This document shows, one piece after another, positions 7,992 to 17,665 of a stretch of DNA of 64,000 nucleotides. Made by a program: the position numbers and the translations under genes. The notes below the pieces were generated by a model. The model did not search any database, was not told the DNA's origin, and saw only the letters and a program-made list of their open reading frames with translations. Position 1 is the first letter of the stretch; each line of letters opens with the position of its first letter. This DNA is from an uncultured virus (IMG/VR IMGVR_UViG_3300027801_002629) (lineage: Duplodnaviria > Heunggongvirae > Uroviricota > Caudoviricetes), in IMG/VR virus record IMGVR_UViG_3300027801_002629, one strand, 5' to 3'.

Positions 7992-10013
7992 CTATGCATT
8001 AGAGTTGCCATATTTAAGATATAACATGGCACCTGTTTTGGAATTCTTTAAGATAATAGGAGCTTTAGGATTTGATAATCCATATTCCCTAATTGCTTCA
8101 CCGATTGCATCATTCCCCACATATTTCTCATATCTTGAATATCTACTTTTTCCAAGTCGAGAATCCCAATATTTTTGGGGATCAACAACAAATACTTTTT
8201 TTCCACCAAATTCTTCTGTTTTAATAGTCTTCTTTTTCTTTCTTTTCCAAACAGTTGGATCATCACCAGTTCCTACTACATTCACACCAGTAGCATTAAC
8301 TGGTGCATCTTCTTTTAAACTTTCTCCAATTAGTTCAAATGCAGATTCAAATCCAGAAACAATCACTCTCCCAGGTCTGACATCTAAATCATTCATGCGT
8401 GCATCTTGAGATTCATACTTATCTTTATATTGTCGTAGTTTATTCTTATCTATTCTCCATCCTGATATTGTAGTATCATTCGACCGATAATCATAGATAA
8501 GTCCTATTCCTTTATTTGTTTTCAGTGTCCATTCATCATCAAATTGTATTGGTCTATTCTCAGAATATTTGCTCAACTCCAATTTTACTTTATGTTTTCG
8601 TGCTATACTTTCAATATCACTTAACTTGTAACGTTTTCGTTGTGACTGAACTAATCGTCTTCGTTCAGTATCCGGTACACCATCAGCAGGATGTATATAA
8701 TTTGGATCTAGTGCGGGTCTCCCCTCCGTTATGAAACTATCAAAACCAGAAACATGTTGAATATAAAGGTCAACTTCTTCTTTTGCGAGTGGGATATGTG
8801 TTTTAATCGTGACTGGATGTTCTTTACCACCAAAAGTAAATTTCTTTTTACCCGCCTTCTTTGCAGCAGAAGCAGCGGCCATGAATTCAGCTGCACCTTC
8901 CTTTTCTAATCGTTTTACCTTCTCAGTAGTTAAACCTTTGAGTGTTTCCTTGAATTTTTTCAATCCTTCTTCAACCTCAACTTCTTCTTTAAAAGACAAT
9001 TTCGTTCCAATCATTTTCTCGCCCTTTTTGTAACTTCCAGCGACTTTAACAATCTTCAGAGTTCTTGGATCTTTGTTAAAATGATAATCGTGTTTTGAAA
9101 AGTTAGACATTTTGACAGAAGACTTTGCCCCCTTCTCATCACTTGATATGGCCATTACTTCACCACCTTTTGCTTTATCTATAACTGCCCAAAATTCTCT
9201 TGCTTCATCAATCTCAACTCCTTCAGTAAACTCAACTGGTACTGAAACTGTTCCCCACTTGCTATCATAAGTTATCATACGTTCTTTACCGGCCGTGTCA
9301 TTTTTGTAATCTTTAGAAACTTTACGAAAATTCTTTTTGGAAATCTTTATTACCTTTCCATCATACTTGTAATCTCTATTTACAAGAACAGCTTCATCAA
9401 TCTCAACTTCTTCTTTTTTGTCGCCAGGTTCAGGTTTTTCGTTATCCCCTTTCCAACCCTTGTCGATGGCATCAAAGAATTTTTTCTTCTTATCACCTTC
9501 TAGCTGGTCTGGTTCTGTTACACCAAATTTTTTAAGTGTTGCTTTAAAAAATGCTTGGTATGCCTCTTTATCTCCAGCCTCTGACATATTTGACATCAAA
9601 GTGGTATATGTTGTTTTATTCATATCTCCCTCGTAAGTTTCTTTAAGAATAAGTGCATCATTTTTCCAATCGGATTCTAAAAATGTTAAAAATGATTCTT
9701 GTAATTCTTCATTGGTGCCAGTAAATTCTCTCTCTTCTTTAATTAACCATAGAGCGGCAGCATAAGAAGCGAGTTTTGATTTTCCTCCAGGAATCTTATT
9801 TAAAAGTCTTTTAAGCTTCCATACTAATCGATGCATCAGAGTATATGCATCCTTTTCATCAGAACTCTTTAATGTTGAATGTTTTTTGAGGATTTTCCCT
9901 TTTTCATCTATAATTCCCAATTTAAAAGCATCAGTATCTTCCCATTTTGTAGTAAGTATCCGTAGAAACTTATAGATAAAATATAAATTTACTCCTCCTG
10001 CAAGTATTCCCAT
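7992..10013 (-). CDS. Modular T4-like conserved protein, possible head polyprotein
   Basis: N-terminal YKFLRILTTKWEDTDAFKLGIIDEKG domain typical of T4-like phages; modules separated by EVEIDE/ITE/LKE motifs. Confidence 0.65.
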   Translation of the reverse strand: MGILAGGVNLYFIYKFLRILTTKWEDTDAFKLGIIDEKGKILKKHSTLKSSDEKDAYTLMHRLVWKLKRLLNKIPGGKSKLASYAAALWLIKEEREFTGTNEELQESFLTFLESDWKNDALILKETYEGDMNKTTYTTLMSNMSEAGDKEAYQAFFKATLKKFGVTEPDQLEGDKKKKFFDAIDKGWKGDNEKPEPGDKKEEVEIDEAVLVNRDYKYDGKVIKISKKNFRKVSKDYKNDTAGKERMITYDSKWGTVSVPVEFTEGVEIDEAREFWAVIDKAKGGEVMAISSDEKGAKSSVKMSNFSKHDYHFNKDPRTLKIVKVAGSYKKGEKMIGTKLSFKEEVEVEEGLKKFKETLKGLTTEKVKRLEKEGAAEFMAAASAAKKAGKKKFTFGGKEHPVTIKTHIPLAKEEVDLYIQHVSGFDSFITEGRPALDPNYIHPADGVPDTERRRLVQSQRKRYKLSDIESIARKHKVKLELSKYSENRPIQFDDEWTLKTNKGIGLIYDYRSNDTTISGWRIDKNKLRQYKDKYESQDARMNDLDVRPGRVIVSGFESAFELIGESLKEDAPVNATGVNVVGTGDDPTVWKRKKKKTIKTEEFGGKKVFVVDPQKYWDSRLGKSRYSRYEKYVGNDAIGEAIREYGLSNPKAPIILKNSKTGAMLYLKYGNSNA

Positions 10014-10411
10014 TATACCTTTATTGCCCTTAACCTTGTAATTATACCCTCATCTAATAGTATGTTTGATGAAATTATAATATTTCCTCTAATTGATTGT
10101 ACACTATCTGGCATTCTGTCTAAAAAAATTAAAAAAGTTTTTAACATCGGCCAAAATTTCTGTTCTGTTTTAAAAAATAAAATCCTCACTCCAGCTTCTA
10201 CACCAAACATATTAAAAAATATTATAAGATGATTAAGTATAAGCCGTTCTTTCAACTGACCAGTATTCTCATAGACATTAAAGAGTCTTTTAATATACTT
10301 AATCTTCTTTAAGTCATCGTAAAACTCTTCAGTATCTAAACATTGAATATTATGATATTCTTTCATAGCAAATATGAGAAAATTATCATCATTTAGATCG
10401 TCAAATTTCAT
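10013..10411 (-). CDS. Conserved T4-like hypothetical protein
   Basis: MKFDDLNDDNFLIFAMKEY...LKERLILNHLIIFFNMFG. Confidence 0.7.
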   Translation of the reverse strand: MKFDDLNDDNFLIFAMKEYHNIQCLDTEEFYDDLKKIKYIKRLFNVYENTGQLKERLILNHLIIFFNMFGVEAGVRILFFKTEQKFWPMLKTFLIFLDRMPDSVQSIRGNIIISSNILLDEGIITRLRAIKV

Positions 10412-10659
10412 GTAGCTTTATCTGTTTCAGACAAATCAATATTTTCATCTAGATCAACTTCAGGATCTACCTTGTCAATAAAATGATTGACTGTTTGTAA
10501 TGCTCCTGCAATCATTGTCAATTGCTGAATAACTCTTTCTCTTTCGGAATTGAGTGCTTGTAATCTCTCATTGAGTGCAGTTTGATCATTTAAAAGTTTT
10601 TCTTTTTCTGTCTGAAATTCACTCACTGAAATCGTATCATCTTTTGCTATTTTTGCCAT
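10408..10659 (-). CDS. Small coiled-coil protein
   Basis: Heptad-rich ORF with an ATGA overlap. Confidence 0.6.
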   Translation of the reverse strand: MAKIAKDDTISVSEFQTEKEKLLNDQTALNERLQALNSERERVIQQLTMIAGALQTVNHFIDKVDPEVDLDENIDLSETDKAT

Positions 10660-10675
10660 AATTTATCCATTATTT

Positions 10676-10722
10676 AAAAAAGTGTAAGGGGGAAGTAAAT
10701 CCCCCCAGGGGAGTAAATCCCC
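10676..10722 (-). terminator. Tandem G/C hairpins followed by a T tract
   Basis: GGGGATTTACTCCCC and GGGGGATTTACTTCCCCC, then TTACACTTTTTT. Confidence 0.65.
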
Positions 10723-10745
10723 AAAATATAATATAAAACTAGTAA

Positions 10746-11198
10746 TTAAGCAATAACTGCTGAATTACCACCAATAACTTGCCATCCTCCATCATTGAAG
10801 AGTAGCATTGCAGTGTCACCAACCGCGTTCAAGCTAACAGTAGATCCACCATCTAGACTATCAGGTGTAATAACTGCTACAGGAGTATTTGTTCCTGTTA
10901 CCATTGCAATAATTTTAATTTGACCTTGTGAACCATTTGCTAAACTACAAGCATCTGTTGCATCAGTTGTCAAATTAGTAATTGCTGAAGTTACATCAAT
11001 TACACTACCACCTGCGGAAGTAGTCAATGCTTGTGCCGTCTGTGCGAGACCCAACCATGTTGGAATCTTGTTAAACACATTTGTTGAGGTGATTTTTTTG
11101 TTTGTGGGACTACCACTAGGATCATCTACAACGTGAAAAAGGTCATCTGTGCTCAATCCTACGGACGCATTTAATGCGGTTATTTTCTTATCTGCCAT
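10746..11198 (-). CDS. Probable virion structural protein (MADKKITAL family)
   Basis: Fibre/decoration-like N-terminus; Gly/Thr/Ala-rich beta domain. Confidence 0.6.
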   Translation of the reverse strand: MADKKITALNASVGLSTDDLFHVVDDPSGSPTNKKITSTNVFNKIPTWLGLAQTAQALTTSAGGSVIDVTSAITNLTTDATDACSLANGSQGQIKIIAMVTGTNTPVAVITPDSLDGGSTVSLNAVGDTAMLLFNDGGWQVIGGNSAVIA

Positions 11199-11206
11199 TT
11201 GAATAT

Positions 11207-11300
11207 TCTCCTTCGGCTATGTGTCGGGACTCGACACCGTTAAGGATATTATGCTAGGGTTCCGTATTCTAACGAAAGGGGATACCCTAGACATATTCCT
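11207..11300 (-). promoter_or_regulatory. Structured 5' leader with two hairpins
   Basis: gtgtcg/cgacac stem closed by cgg/ccg next to the AAGGAG RBS; long ctagggt/accctag stem. Confidence 0.5.
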
Positions 11301-11311
11301 ATAAAATATTA

Positions 11312-11581
11312 TTAAGAGATTTTTCCTAATAATTTAAAAAAGTTTTTAGAAGAAACTATTTTTTTAATCTCTTCATCACTACTACTAGCATCAACTAGCG
11401 CCCAAGCCACTTTAGCATCAGATCTTAAAGTAGCAAGGTCTTTTAACTTACTACGTACTGAACTAGATGCTTCCTTCTTCTTAACAGGCTTCTTAGGTGC
11501 TGTTAATATAGTCTTCTTAGGTGCTGTTAATGTACTAACAGTATCAACAATTTTTTTCTTAATACTCGCCTTTTTTGCCAT
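11312..11581 (-). CDS. Lys-rich small protein
   Basis: GGAG RBS; LTAPKK duplicated. Confidence 0.55.
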   Translation of the reverse strand: MAKKASIKKKIVDTVSTLTAPKKTILTAPKKPVKKKEASSSVRSKLKDLATLRSDAKVAWALVDASSSDEEIKKIVSSKNFFKLLGKIS

Positions 11582-11597
11582 ATCGACTCCAATTATA

Positions 11598-12224
11598 TTA
11601 TGCTAAAACAGTATGTGTAACTGCTGTCACTCCTGACAATACTACAGATGCATCAGAAGGTGTCGCACCTTGATCCTTGAGTGTTCCACCAGCAAGTGTA
11701 ATATTTGCACCACCCATTGTCAGAACATCATCTGCTTTGATTGTCTGACCGGTTAATGTAAACCGTTTCCTGTTGGCAGTTGAACCATTTCCAGTATAGA
11801 CCAAATCGTAGTAATTGGGAGAGGGTGGTACGCCACTGCCTTGGTTTCCGTTAGCAATCCTAATAGTTGGAGCTCCTGTAACAGTTATTTGCTCATCCCA
11901 TGTAACTTGACATGTAAGAGTTTGTGCATTATCTCCTGCTGTAAAGTCAGTAGTAGCAGATGTTCCAACAATAAATCTCATTGCTGTAACAGTTGGTGTT
12001 TTAAGACCGGTAGTAGCTGATTTACCTGCTAACATACCGATTGCTACTAAAACTTCTGGATCTGCGGTTGTTGAATCATTTCCAGATGCTGCACTACCTG
12101 CTGCTTGTACCCAACCAGCATTAGTTGCATATACATCTGCTTTTCTATTATCTGAATTCTCATCTACGGGTAACCATTTTGGTTTATTAGTTATCGCGTC
12201 ATGAGTTGTTCCCCATAGAGGCAT
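11598..12224 (-). CDS. Probable virion structural protein (MPLWG family, Ig-like C-terminus)
   Basis: MPLWG...KPKWL...YATNAGWV; late promoter upstream. Confidence 0.6.
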   Translation of the reverse strand: MPLWGTTHDAITNKPKWLPVDENSDNRKADVYATNAGWVQAAGSAASGNDSTTADPEVLVAIGMLAGKSATTGLKTPTVTAMRFIVGTSATTDFTAGDNAQTLTCQVTWDEQITVTGAPTIRIANGNQGSGVPPSPNYYDLVYTGNGSTANRKRFTLTGQTIKADDVLTMGGANITLAGGTLKDQGATPSDASVVLSGVTAVTHTVLA

Positions 12225-12267
12225 ATTGTTCTCCTTTAAGAATGTTTATATTTGTTGTATTATAGAA

Positions 12268-12275
12268 TATTTATA
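12268..12275 (-). promoter_or_regulatory. T4-type late promoter TATAAATA
   Basis: Exact consensus 44 nt upstream of the 12224 start. Confidence 0.6.
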
Positions 12276-12567
12276 ATTTTTCGATGGGTGTATTCCCAGC
12301 CGATATACCCTGCATAAAATGACCTTTTGGTGTATGAAATTTAATTGCTTTTCCAACCATCGCAACTACGGGGTCAATTATAGGTTCTGTTGATACTTCT
12401 GTACTCGCGTCTACACTTGCTCCTGCGACCGCTTCTACACCCTCTTCTGCTACTACCTCTGTATCTTTTTCTGGTACCGCATTTACAATTCCAGAGACCA
12501 TACTTGCAACATTTCTCAGTTTTTCTGTTTCCGGTTTTTGACCGAAATAGTTCTTGTCTTGTTCCAT
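12271..12567 (-). CDS. Hypothetical protein
   Basis: AGGAG RBS. Confidence 0.55.
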   Translation of the reverse strand: MEQDKNYFGQKPETEKLRNVASMVSGIVNAVPEKDTEVVAEEGVEAVAGASVDASTEVSTEPIIDPVVAMVGKAIKFHTPKGHFMQGISAGNTPIEKL

Positions 12568-12576
12568 AAGTTTCTC

Positions 12577-14151
12577 CTAATTGTAAGTTCCTGATTCAAT
12601 TTCAGCATTATATTCATTTGCAAATTGTACGGCCACCGTTTGACGTACTTCTTTTGGGAACACTGTGTCTACATCTCCACCAAATTCTTTAACATAGCTT
12701 TTAGCGCCAGCAACTACTAGTAAATCCCACAACGCAGGTGCTTTGGTATGATCATATGTATCACTACTCTTTTTCCCTATGATACTTTTAATGATAGAAT
12801 TTTTTTGTTTCTGTAACGTCACTTCATCTTTAATGTATAAAGCCAAGTCATCAGATGCAGCACGATCAATGTTTTCGGATAATTTATTACGAACTTTCCT
12901 AATCTTATTAAATGCTATTTCAGATCTATTCAATCCTTCAACACGTAACTTAGGTTGTCCACCCTTTTTAAATGATTTTTTTAATGCCTTTTCAGCTTTC
13001 TTTAAATCTTTTTTCTTAATAACCACTTCACCTTGGCGATTGATTTCAGCTGAAATGCCCGCATCATCTAACGCCATGATGGCCTGTAGTTCATTACTTT
13101 CGTTAATTGTCATGGTTTCCTCTAAAATTAAATCATTGAGAATTACTATACGTTGTTCTTCTGGCAATGGTTTTAAGTGTTTTATAAAATGAGCTAAATC
13201 TTGTGTTTTGATATTGGCTTTACCAGATTTTCTAGCACCCGCCCTTTTCTTTAATTTTTTCTTAGTTGCTGAGTTTTTATCATCCATTTTCTTTATGTCT
13301 TGTACAGTTAATACTTTTCCTGATGGTTCATGATAATTATATCCTTTTGGTGCCTTGTCATATTTTTTATAATACTCATCAGGATCCATCCCACCATCTT
13401 TACCAACATTTTTAGAATCGGCTTTTTGTTGTTTATTCTTAGCCTTTATCTCACCCGCCTGCTTTATATCATCTTCAGCATCATCTTTATCCTTTTGTTT
13501 ATCTATAACCTTTTTAGCCTTTTTAGCTTTAGATCCTTTACCCCATTGATCCCAGGCTTTTTTCAATAAATATCCACCACCAACTGCTGCTAGACCACCA
13601 ATCCAATCACTTGTTGATTCAGTAACCCCAACTTCTTCCTCATTTAAGTCTTTTTTTTTAGTTGAAGACTCGACTGCTTCACGGAAACTTTTTCTTATAT
13701 GCCTCTGTTCCATTTTTGGCTTAGTATCAATTTTTGGTGATTTTCCATCAAGTTTAGTTTCTTTATTTTTTATTTCTTTCTGTTCCTCTTCCGCGTCCTT
13801 CATCATTGTTGTTATGTGTCCCATAACAGCATCAGTAACTTGTTGTACTAATATAGGATCTGGTCCAGATGGTTTAGTATCTCCTGCACCGTCATCAGGT
13901 TCTTCCTCAGGTTCAGGTTCTGTCTCAGGTTCGGCTTCAGGTTCCGTCTCTGGGTTGTCTTGATCACCTACAGGAGCTTCATCCTCATCTTCTTCTTCAT
14001 CATCTACAAATGGAGCATCCGGTTTATCTTTAGCTTCTTTCTCAGCCTTTGCCTTTAATTTTTCTTTTAGTTTTTTGTCTAATTTTTTTGCTTCTCGATC
14101 TTCGCTCTTAACAAGACCAGCAATTACAGACAATAGGCTATCGGACGCCAT
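12577..14151 (-). CDS. Modular charged protein, possible head/internal polyprotein
   Basis: Start reassigned to MASDSLL (CAGGAG RBS); PE-rich linker; several (I/L)xE junctions. Confidence 0.6.
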   Translation of the reverse strand: MASDSLLSVIAGLVKSEDREAKKLDKKLKEKLKAKAEKEAKDKPDAPFVDDEEEDEDEAPVGDQDNPETEPEAEPETEPEPEEEPDDGAGDTKPSGPDPILVQQVTDAVMGHITTMMKDAEEEQKEIKNKETKLDGKSPKIDTKPKMEQRHIRKSFREAVESSTKKKDLNEEEVGVTESTSDWIGGLAAVGGGYLLKKAWDQWGKGSKAKKAKKVIDKQKDKDDAEDDIKQAGEIKAKNKQQKADSKNVGKDGGMDPDEYYKKYDKAPKGYNYHEPSGKVLTVQDIKKMDDKNSATKKKLKKRAGARKSGKANIKTQDLAHFIKHLKPLPEEQRIVILNDLILEETMTINESNELQAIMALDDAGISAEINRQGEVVIKKKDLKKAEKALKKSFKKGGQPKLRVEGLNRSEIAFNKIRKVRNKLSENIDRAASDDLALYIKDEVTLQKQKNSIIKSIIGKKSSDTYDHTKAPALWDLLVVAGAKSYVKEFGGDVDTVFPKEVRQTVAVQFANEYNAEIESGTYN

Positions 14152-15172
14152 GTATTTCTCCTGAAAGTTGTGTAAAAGTTTTTGGGGGTAAAATCTTATT
14201 ATCACATATCTCAACTTGAAGATCGTTCAAAAACGAATAGTCAAATGGAATACCTAATCTATTTCTTACTCCCTCTAATAGTTTTATTGCTTTATTGGAA
14301 TATTCTATATAATTACGAACATCTTTGTGTTCAATTAGTTCTTCTTTGGTAGAAGCAATACCGAGACATTTATCAACCAATATTAAAGATTCTTTCAAAT
14401 ATGACAATTCTGGTCTAGTAAAAGTACTTTGACCAATAGTATTAACAATTTCATCATATAATTCAAATGCTTCATCACAGGTAGATAAATTTATAGTATC
14501 ATAACCCTGCCATGATAATTCTTTTGCTTCTTTGTAGTCGTTATTTTCGACTTCAAGTGGTGTTTGTAATCCTCTTCGTCGCTTCATTGCTTCACGGATT
14601 GAATCTAATTTTAACCCTTTTCGTACACCATTCATCATATTTTTTATATCTTGTGTGGTTAAGTTACTTGATGATCCCTTTTGAAAGGTCTCAAAGTCCC
14701 CTTGAGTTGCTGATTTTCTCATCTTGGATGCCGACATACCAGCCGCACCGTCATCATCTGGATCTCTTTCTCCAGCACTAACTACTTCTATTTCTTTAAA
14801 TTCATAAATTCCATGTTTGGACTTTACTCCATTGTAACTATTTAGTAATGATCTAAAGTCTGAAACTCTATCACTACCTGCTACCATTATCAATTTATCA
14901 AATTTTCCATTTAAACTAGAGGCAATTTCCATTACATTCTTCTCTTTTGCCCTACTTTGTAAAGATTTCTTTAAAGAGGGGAACATTTTTTGTAGATACT
15001 TAAACTTTTCTTTATGGGATAATGGATTTTTCTTAGAATCTTCTGAATGACTACCATAAATGAAGAGAGTACCACTGTTTCGCTGATTGGTTGCAATTAC
15101 AGCATTTACTAACTTTTCATGTCCGATTGTAGGGGGATTAAATCTCCCAAATGCAAATACAGCTGTTTTCAT
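14138..15172 (-). CDS. Cytidylyltransferase-like (HxGH) nucleotidyltransferase
   Basis: FGRFNPPTIGHEKL, MVAGSDRV, SAGERDPD, GMSASKMR. Confidence 0.85.
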   Translation of the reverse strand: MKTAVFAFGRFNPPTIGHEKLVNAVIATNQRNSGTLFIYGSHSEDSKKNPLSHKEKFKYLQKMFPSLKKSLQSRAKEKNVMEIASSLNGKFDKLIMVAGSDRVSDFRSLLNSYNGVKSKHGIYEFKEIEVVSAGERDPDDDGAAGMSASKMRKSATQGDFETFQKGSSSNLTTQDIKNMMNGVRKGLKLDSIREAMKRRRGLQTPLEVENNDYKEAKELSWQGYDTINLSTCDEAFELYDEIVNTIGQSTFTRPELSYLKESLILVDKCLGIASTKEELIEHKDVRNYIEYSNKAIKLLEGVRNRLGIPFDYSFLNDLQVEICDNKILPPKTFTQLSGEIHGVR

Positions 15173-15222
15173 TTACCTATTCCTTTTCTTTTCGTAAATC
15201 CTGAAGCGAATACTGTTTTCAT
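15169..15222 (-). CDS. 17-aa bridging mini-ORF MKTVFASGFTKRKGIGK
   Basis: ATGA overlaps at both ends. Confidence 0.4.
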   Translation of the reverse strand: MKTVFASGFTKRKGIGK

Positions 15223-16070
15223 TTTTTATTTATCATAGATATTAACTCTTTTTGTGATTTGATTTGTATATTTTTCCAAACCGTTTGTAGTAATTTCTCT
15301 TCTTCTTCAAACCTTTCTTCAGTATCGCTATTACCCCACGGAGAACTTGCCCATTTGTCAAATTTTTCAAAAACTGCATATACATTCTTAATTGATATTT
15401 GATTTACTACACTCTCATTATAAAAATGTTTCTTATTTAATTTTGTATTCATTGTTCTTCCATATTTTCTCAATTCTTCTCGAACTCTTTTATTTTTTGA
15501 GAGAATGGATTCACAATTATCAATATACTCTTTAATAAATTGTCCTTTTTCTTTTTGAGATAATACTTTTCCTAATTCATTTAAGTCAAATCCAAGTTGT
15601 CTTGAATTTTTTGAATGAGTTTTTTTACTAAATTTCTCGTACATCTCTTTCACCATAAATTCCAAGTGACGATGCATGTGGGGGAACATACCCTTTGTAA
15701 CACTAATTCCTCTCCTACCCCCCTCTAATCGTTCAGACCACACATCTTGGCCACTAGATATCAATTCTGTCCCTTCCAATTCAACTACAATACCCCCCTC
15801 AGTTTCAATTCCATCAAAAGGTTGATGGTCTGATGGTTCTATTTCCGTCATTACTGAAATGGAACTTTTCTTTCCTTGTAATTTTTTCAGTCCTTTAAAT
15901 CCTGTCAGATCTGTAACGTGCCATCCTTTAATTCTTGATAATCCACTAAATGCTCTCTCTAGTGCAGTTGTAGACAATACTAATGCGGGAGTTTCCGCAT
16001 TAGTAAAGATCATATCTTTAGTATTGAACTGCGCCTGAGATTCTGTTAAGTATCCTTTAAACGATTTCAT
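15219..16070 (-). CDS. IP-like leader protein, paralog of 16500-17393, possible ADP-ribosyltransferase-like fold
   Basis: MKSFKGYLTE; WHVTD...ISVM...YNESVVN. Confidence 0.55.
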   Translation of the reverse strand: MKSFKGYLTESQAQFNTKDMIFTNAETPALVLSTTALERAFSGLSRIKGWHVTDLTGFKGLKKLQGKKSSISVMTEIEPSDHQPFDGIETEGGIVVELEGTELISSGQDVWSERLEGGRRGISVTKGMFPHMHRHLEFMVKEMYEKFSKKTHSKNSRQLGFDLNELGKVLSQKEKGQFIKEYIDNCESILSKNKRVREELRKYGRTMNTKLNKKHFYNESVVNQISIKNVYAVFEKFDKWASSPWGNSDTEERFEEEEKLLQTVWKNIQIKSQKELISMINKK

Positions 16071-16075
16071 TTTAT

Positions 16076-16462
16076 CTAAACTTCCAGTTTTTGATCATTT
16101 GTCTTAAAGTTCTTTTTTCTCATTACTGTCTTCGCAACAAGATCAAGCATTCCACTCTTATCTATATTTAATACAAATGGGAGATTTACATCTGTTTCCA
16201 TATCGTGAATTACTGCCTCTGCATCTGGATTCATTTTTGATATCTTCTTACCATACTTCTTATAAGTCAAACGAAACAATCTAATAAGTTCAGCAGTACT
16301 GATTGGTTTCTTATTTCGTTCATCATTGACTCTATCAAGGAAATGTCTAGTAAACTCTATATCAATACCCACAGCTGCAAATAACTTGTCTGCATATTTC
16401 TCTACTTGATTCAAATCGCTTTTAGAAACTTCTTCGTTTAAATATTCTTTGAATCGTTTCAT
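16076..16462 (-). CDS. Conserved phage protein with IP-like leader
   Basis: MKRFKEYLNEE; FTRHFLDRVNDERN; AKTVMRKKNF. Confidence 0.65.
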   Translation of the reverse strand: MKRFKEYLNEEVSKSDLNQVEKYADKLFAAVGIDIEFTRHFLDRVNDERNKKPISTAELIRLFRLTYKKYGKKISKMNPDAEAVIHDMETDVNLPFVLNIDKSGMLDLVAKTVMRKKNFKTNDQKLEV

Positions 16463-16503
16463 TTTAATTCTCCACCTTTGCTCCAGCTCTCCAAAGATTT
16501 CAT
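16459..16503 (-). CDS. 14-aa bridging mini-ORF MKSLESWSKGGELK
   Basis: ATGA overlaps at both ends. Confidence 0.4.
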   Translation of the reverse strand: MKSLESWSKGGELK

Positions 16504-17393
16504 TTTCCTAATTCCTTTTTAGCAACTTGTCGTGTATATGCCTCTAACCCTATAGCAGCATCCCACATTTTTGTTTTCCATCCCTTAGATTTTGCAAACT
16601 CTATCAACTCTTGTTGTTCTGGATACAAAGAGGCTTCTTTCTCAGTCTGAGCAATTTTTAATCGTAGTTTAAAAAAGTGTGCTGTCTTAACCTTAAAGTT
16701 ATTGACTATTTGTTCATCCCACGATAAATCAGTTGTTCGTTTCTTTGCGTAACTCAACATAGCACTACTGAATGTATCAATGTTTTTCTTGATAACCTTT
16801 TCCATTCCATCTATGTAATCTTTTATTATCAGACTCATTGTTTTTTTGTCAACTTTTCTCTCCGCCATTCTCCAAAGTTCCCATACTGTTGCGTTCTCTT
16901 GAAACTCACCCTTTTTGAGATATTTCTTAACCAGAGGGTCAAACATTTTCTGAAGGTCTTTCTCTACTGCACCAAACTTCACAAACCTAGAAGTTTCTTT
17001 AAGGTCACTTATAGATGTCCACCTTCTACCTTTTTGGTCTAAATGACTCATCACATCACCCGAAGCAGACAATAGAACATCAGCATCCATCTCTAATACT
17101 GAATGAACACCACCCTGAGTTGCAACACCGATATCCATATAACGAGATTGCATTTCAAAAAAAGCAGATATTTGTTTTTTCTTTCCTTCCATTCTTGATA
17201 TTGATTTAATACCCTTTCCATCCGTTGTATGAAATACCGTTGCTCTGAGTGTGTCTGGCCATATCCTTTTGAACATTGATGAAGATATAGGAATCATCAG
17301 TTGATCATAGTAACCAATTCTTGGAAGAAATAACAAACCAGATAGACTCGTTCCTCTAGCTTCGGTTAGATATGTTTTAAACGAGTTTATCAT
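16500..17393 (-). CDS. IP-like leader protein, paralog of 15219-16070
   Basis: MINSFKTYLTE; FHTTD...ISAF...WDEQIVN. Confidence 0.55.
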   Translation of the reverse strand: MINSFKTYLTEARGTSLSGLLFLPRIGYYDQLMIPISSSMFKRIWPDTLRATVFHTTDGKGIKSISRMEGKKKQISAFFEMQSRYMDIGVATQGGVHSVLEMDADVLLSASGDVMSHLDQKGRRWTSISDLKETSRFVKFGAVEKDLQKMFDPLVKKYLKKGEFQENATVWELWRMAERKVDKKTMSLIIKDYIDGMEKVIKKNIDTFSSAMLSYAKKRTTDLSWDEQIVNNFKVKTAHFFKLRLKIAQTEKEASLYPEQQELIEFAKSKGWKTKMWDAAIGLEAYTRQVAKKELGK

Positions 17394-17635
17394 TGAGCGG
17401 CTTCTATTTGCACAATCAGTTTTGCCTTACTTTTTCTTCGATCTAATTCAAGTCCAAGACTTCTACCATGTTCTTCAAGTTGTTTTTTATTCATAGACTG
17501 TAAAGACTTTACTTTTTTAGTAATAGGAGCTTCCACTACAGGCTTAACTTCTATACTGTTATTGGTGTGTTCACCAAAATTTTGAACTGTATCCATATTA
17601 AAAATGGACTTAATCATATTTTTTAACCAAGACAT
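17390..17635 (-). CDS. Small protein with HeH/Rho-N-like C-terminus
   Basis: LQSMNKKQLEEHGRSLGLELDRRKSKAKLI. Confidence 0.6.
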   Translation of the reverse strand: MSWLKNMIKSIFNMDTVQNFGEHTNNSIEVKPVVEAPITKKVKSLQSMNKKQLEEHGRSLGLELDRRKSKAKLIVQIEAAQ

Positions 17636-17665
17636 ATTATCCTTTCATCAATTGTTAATAGTATT

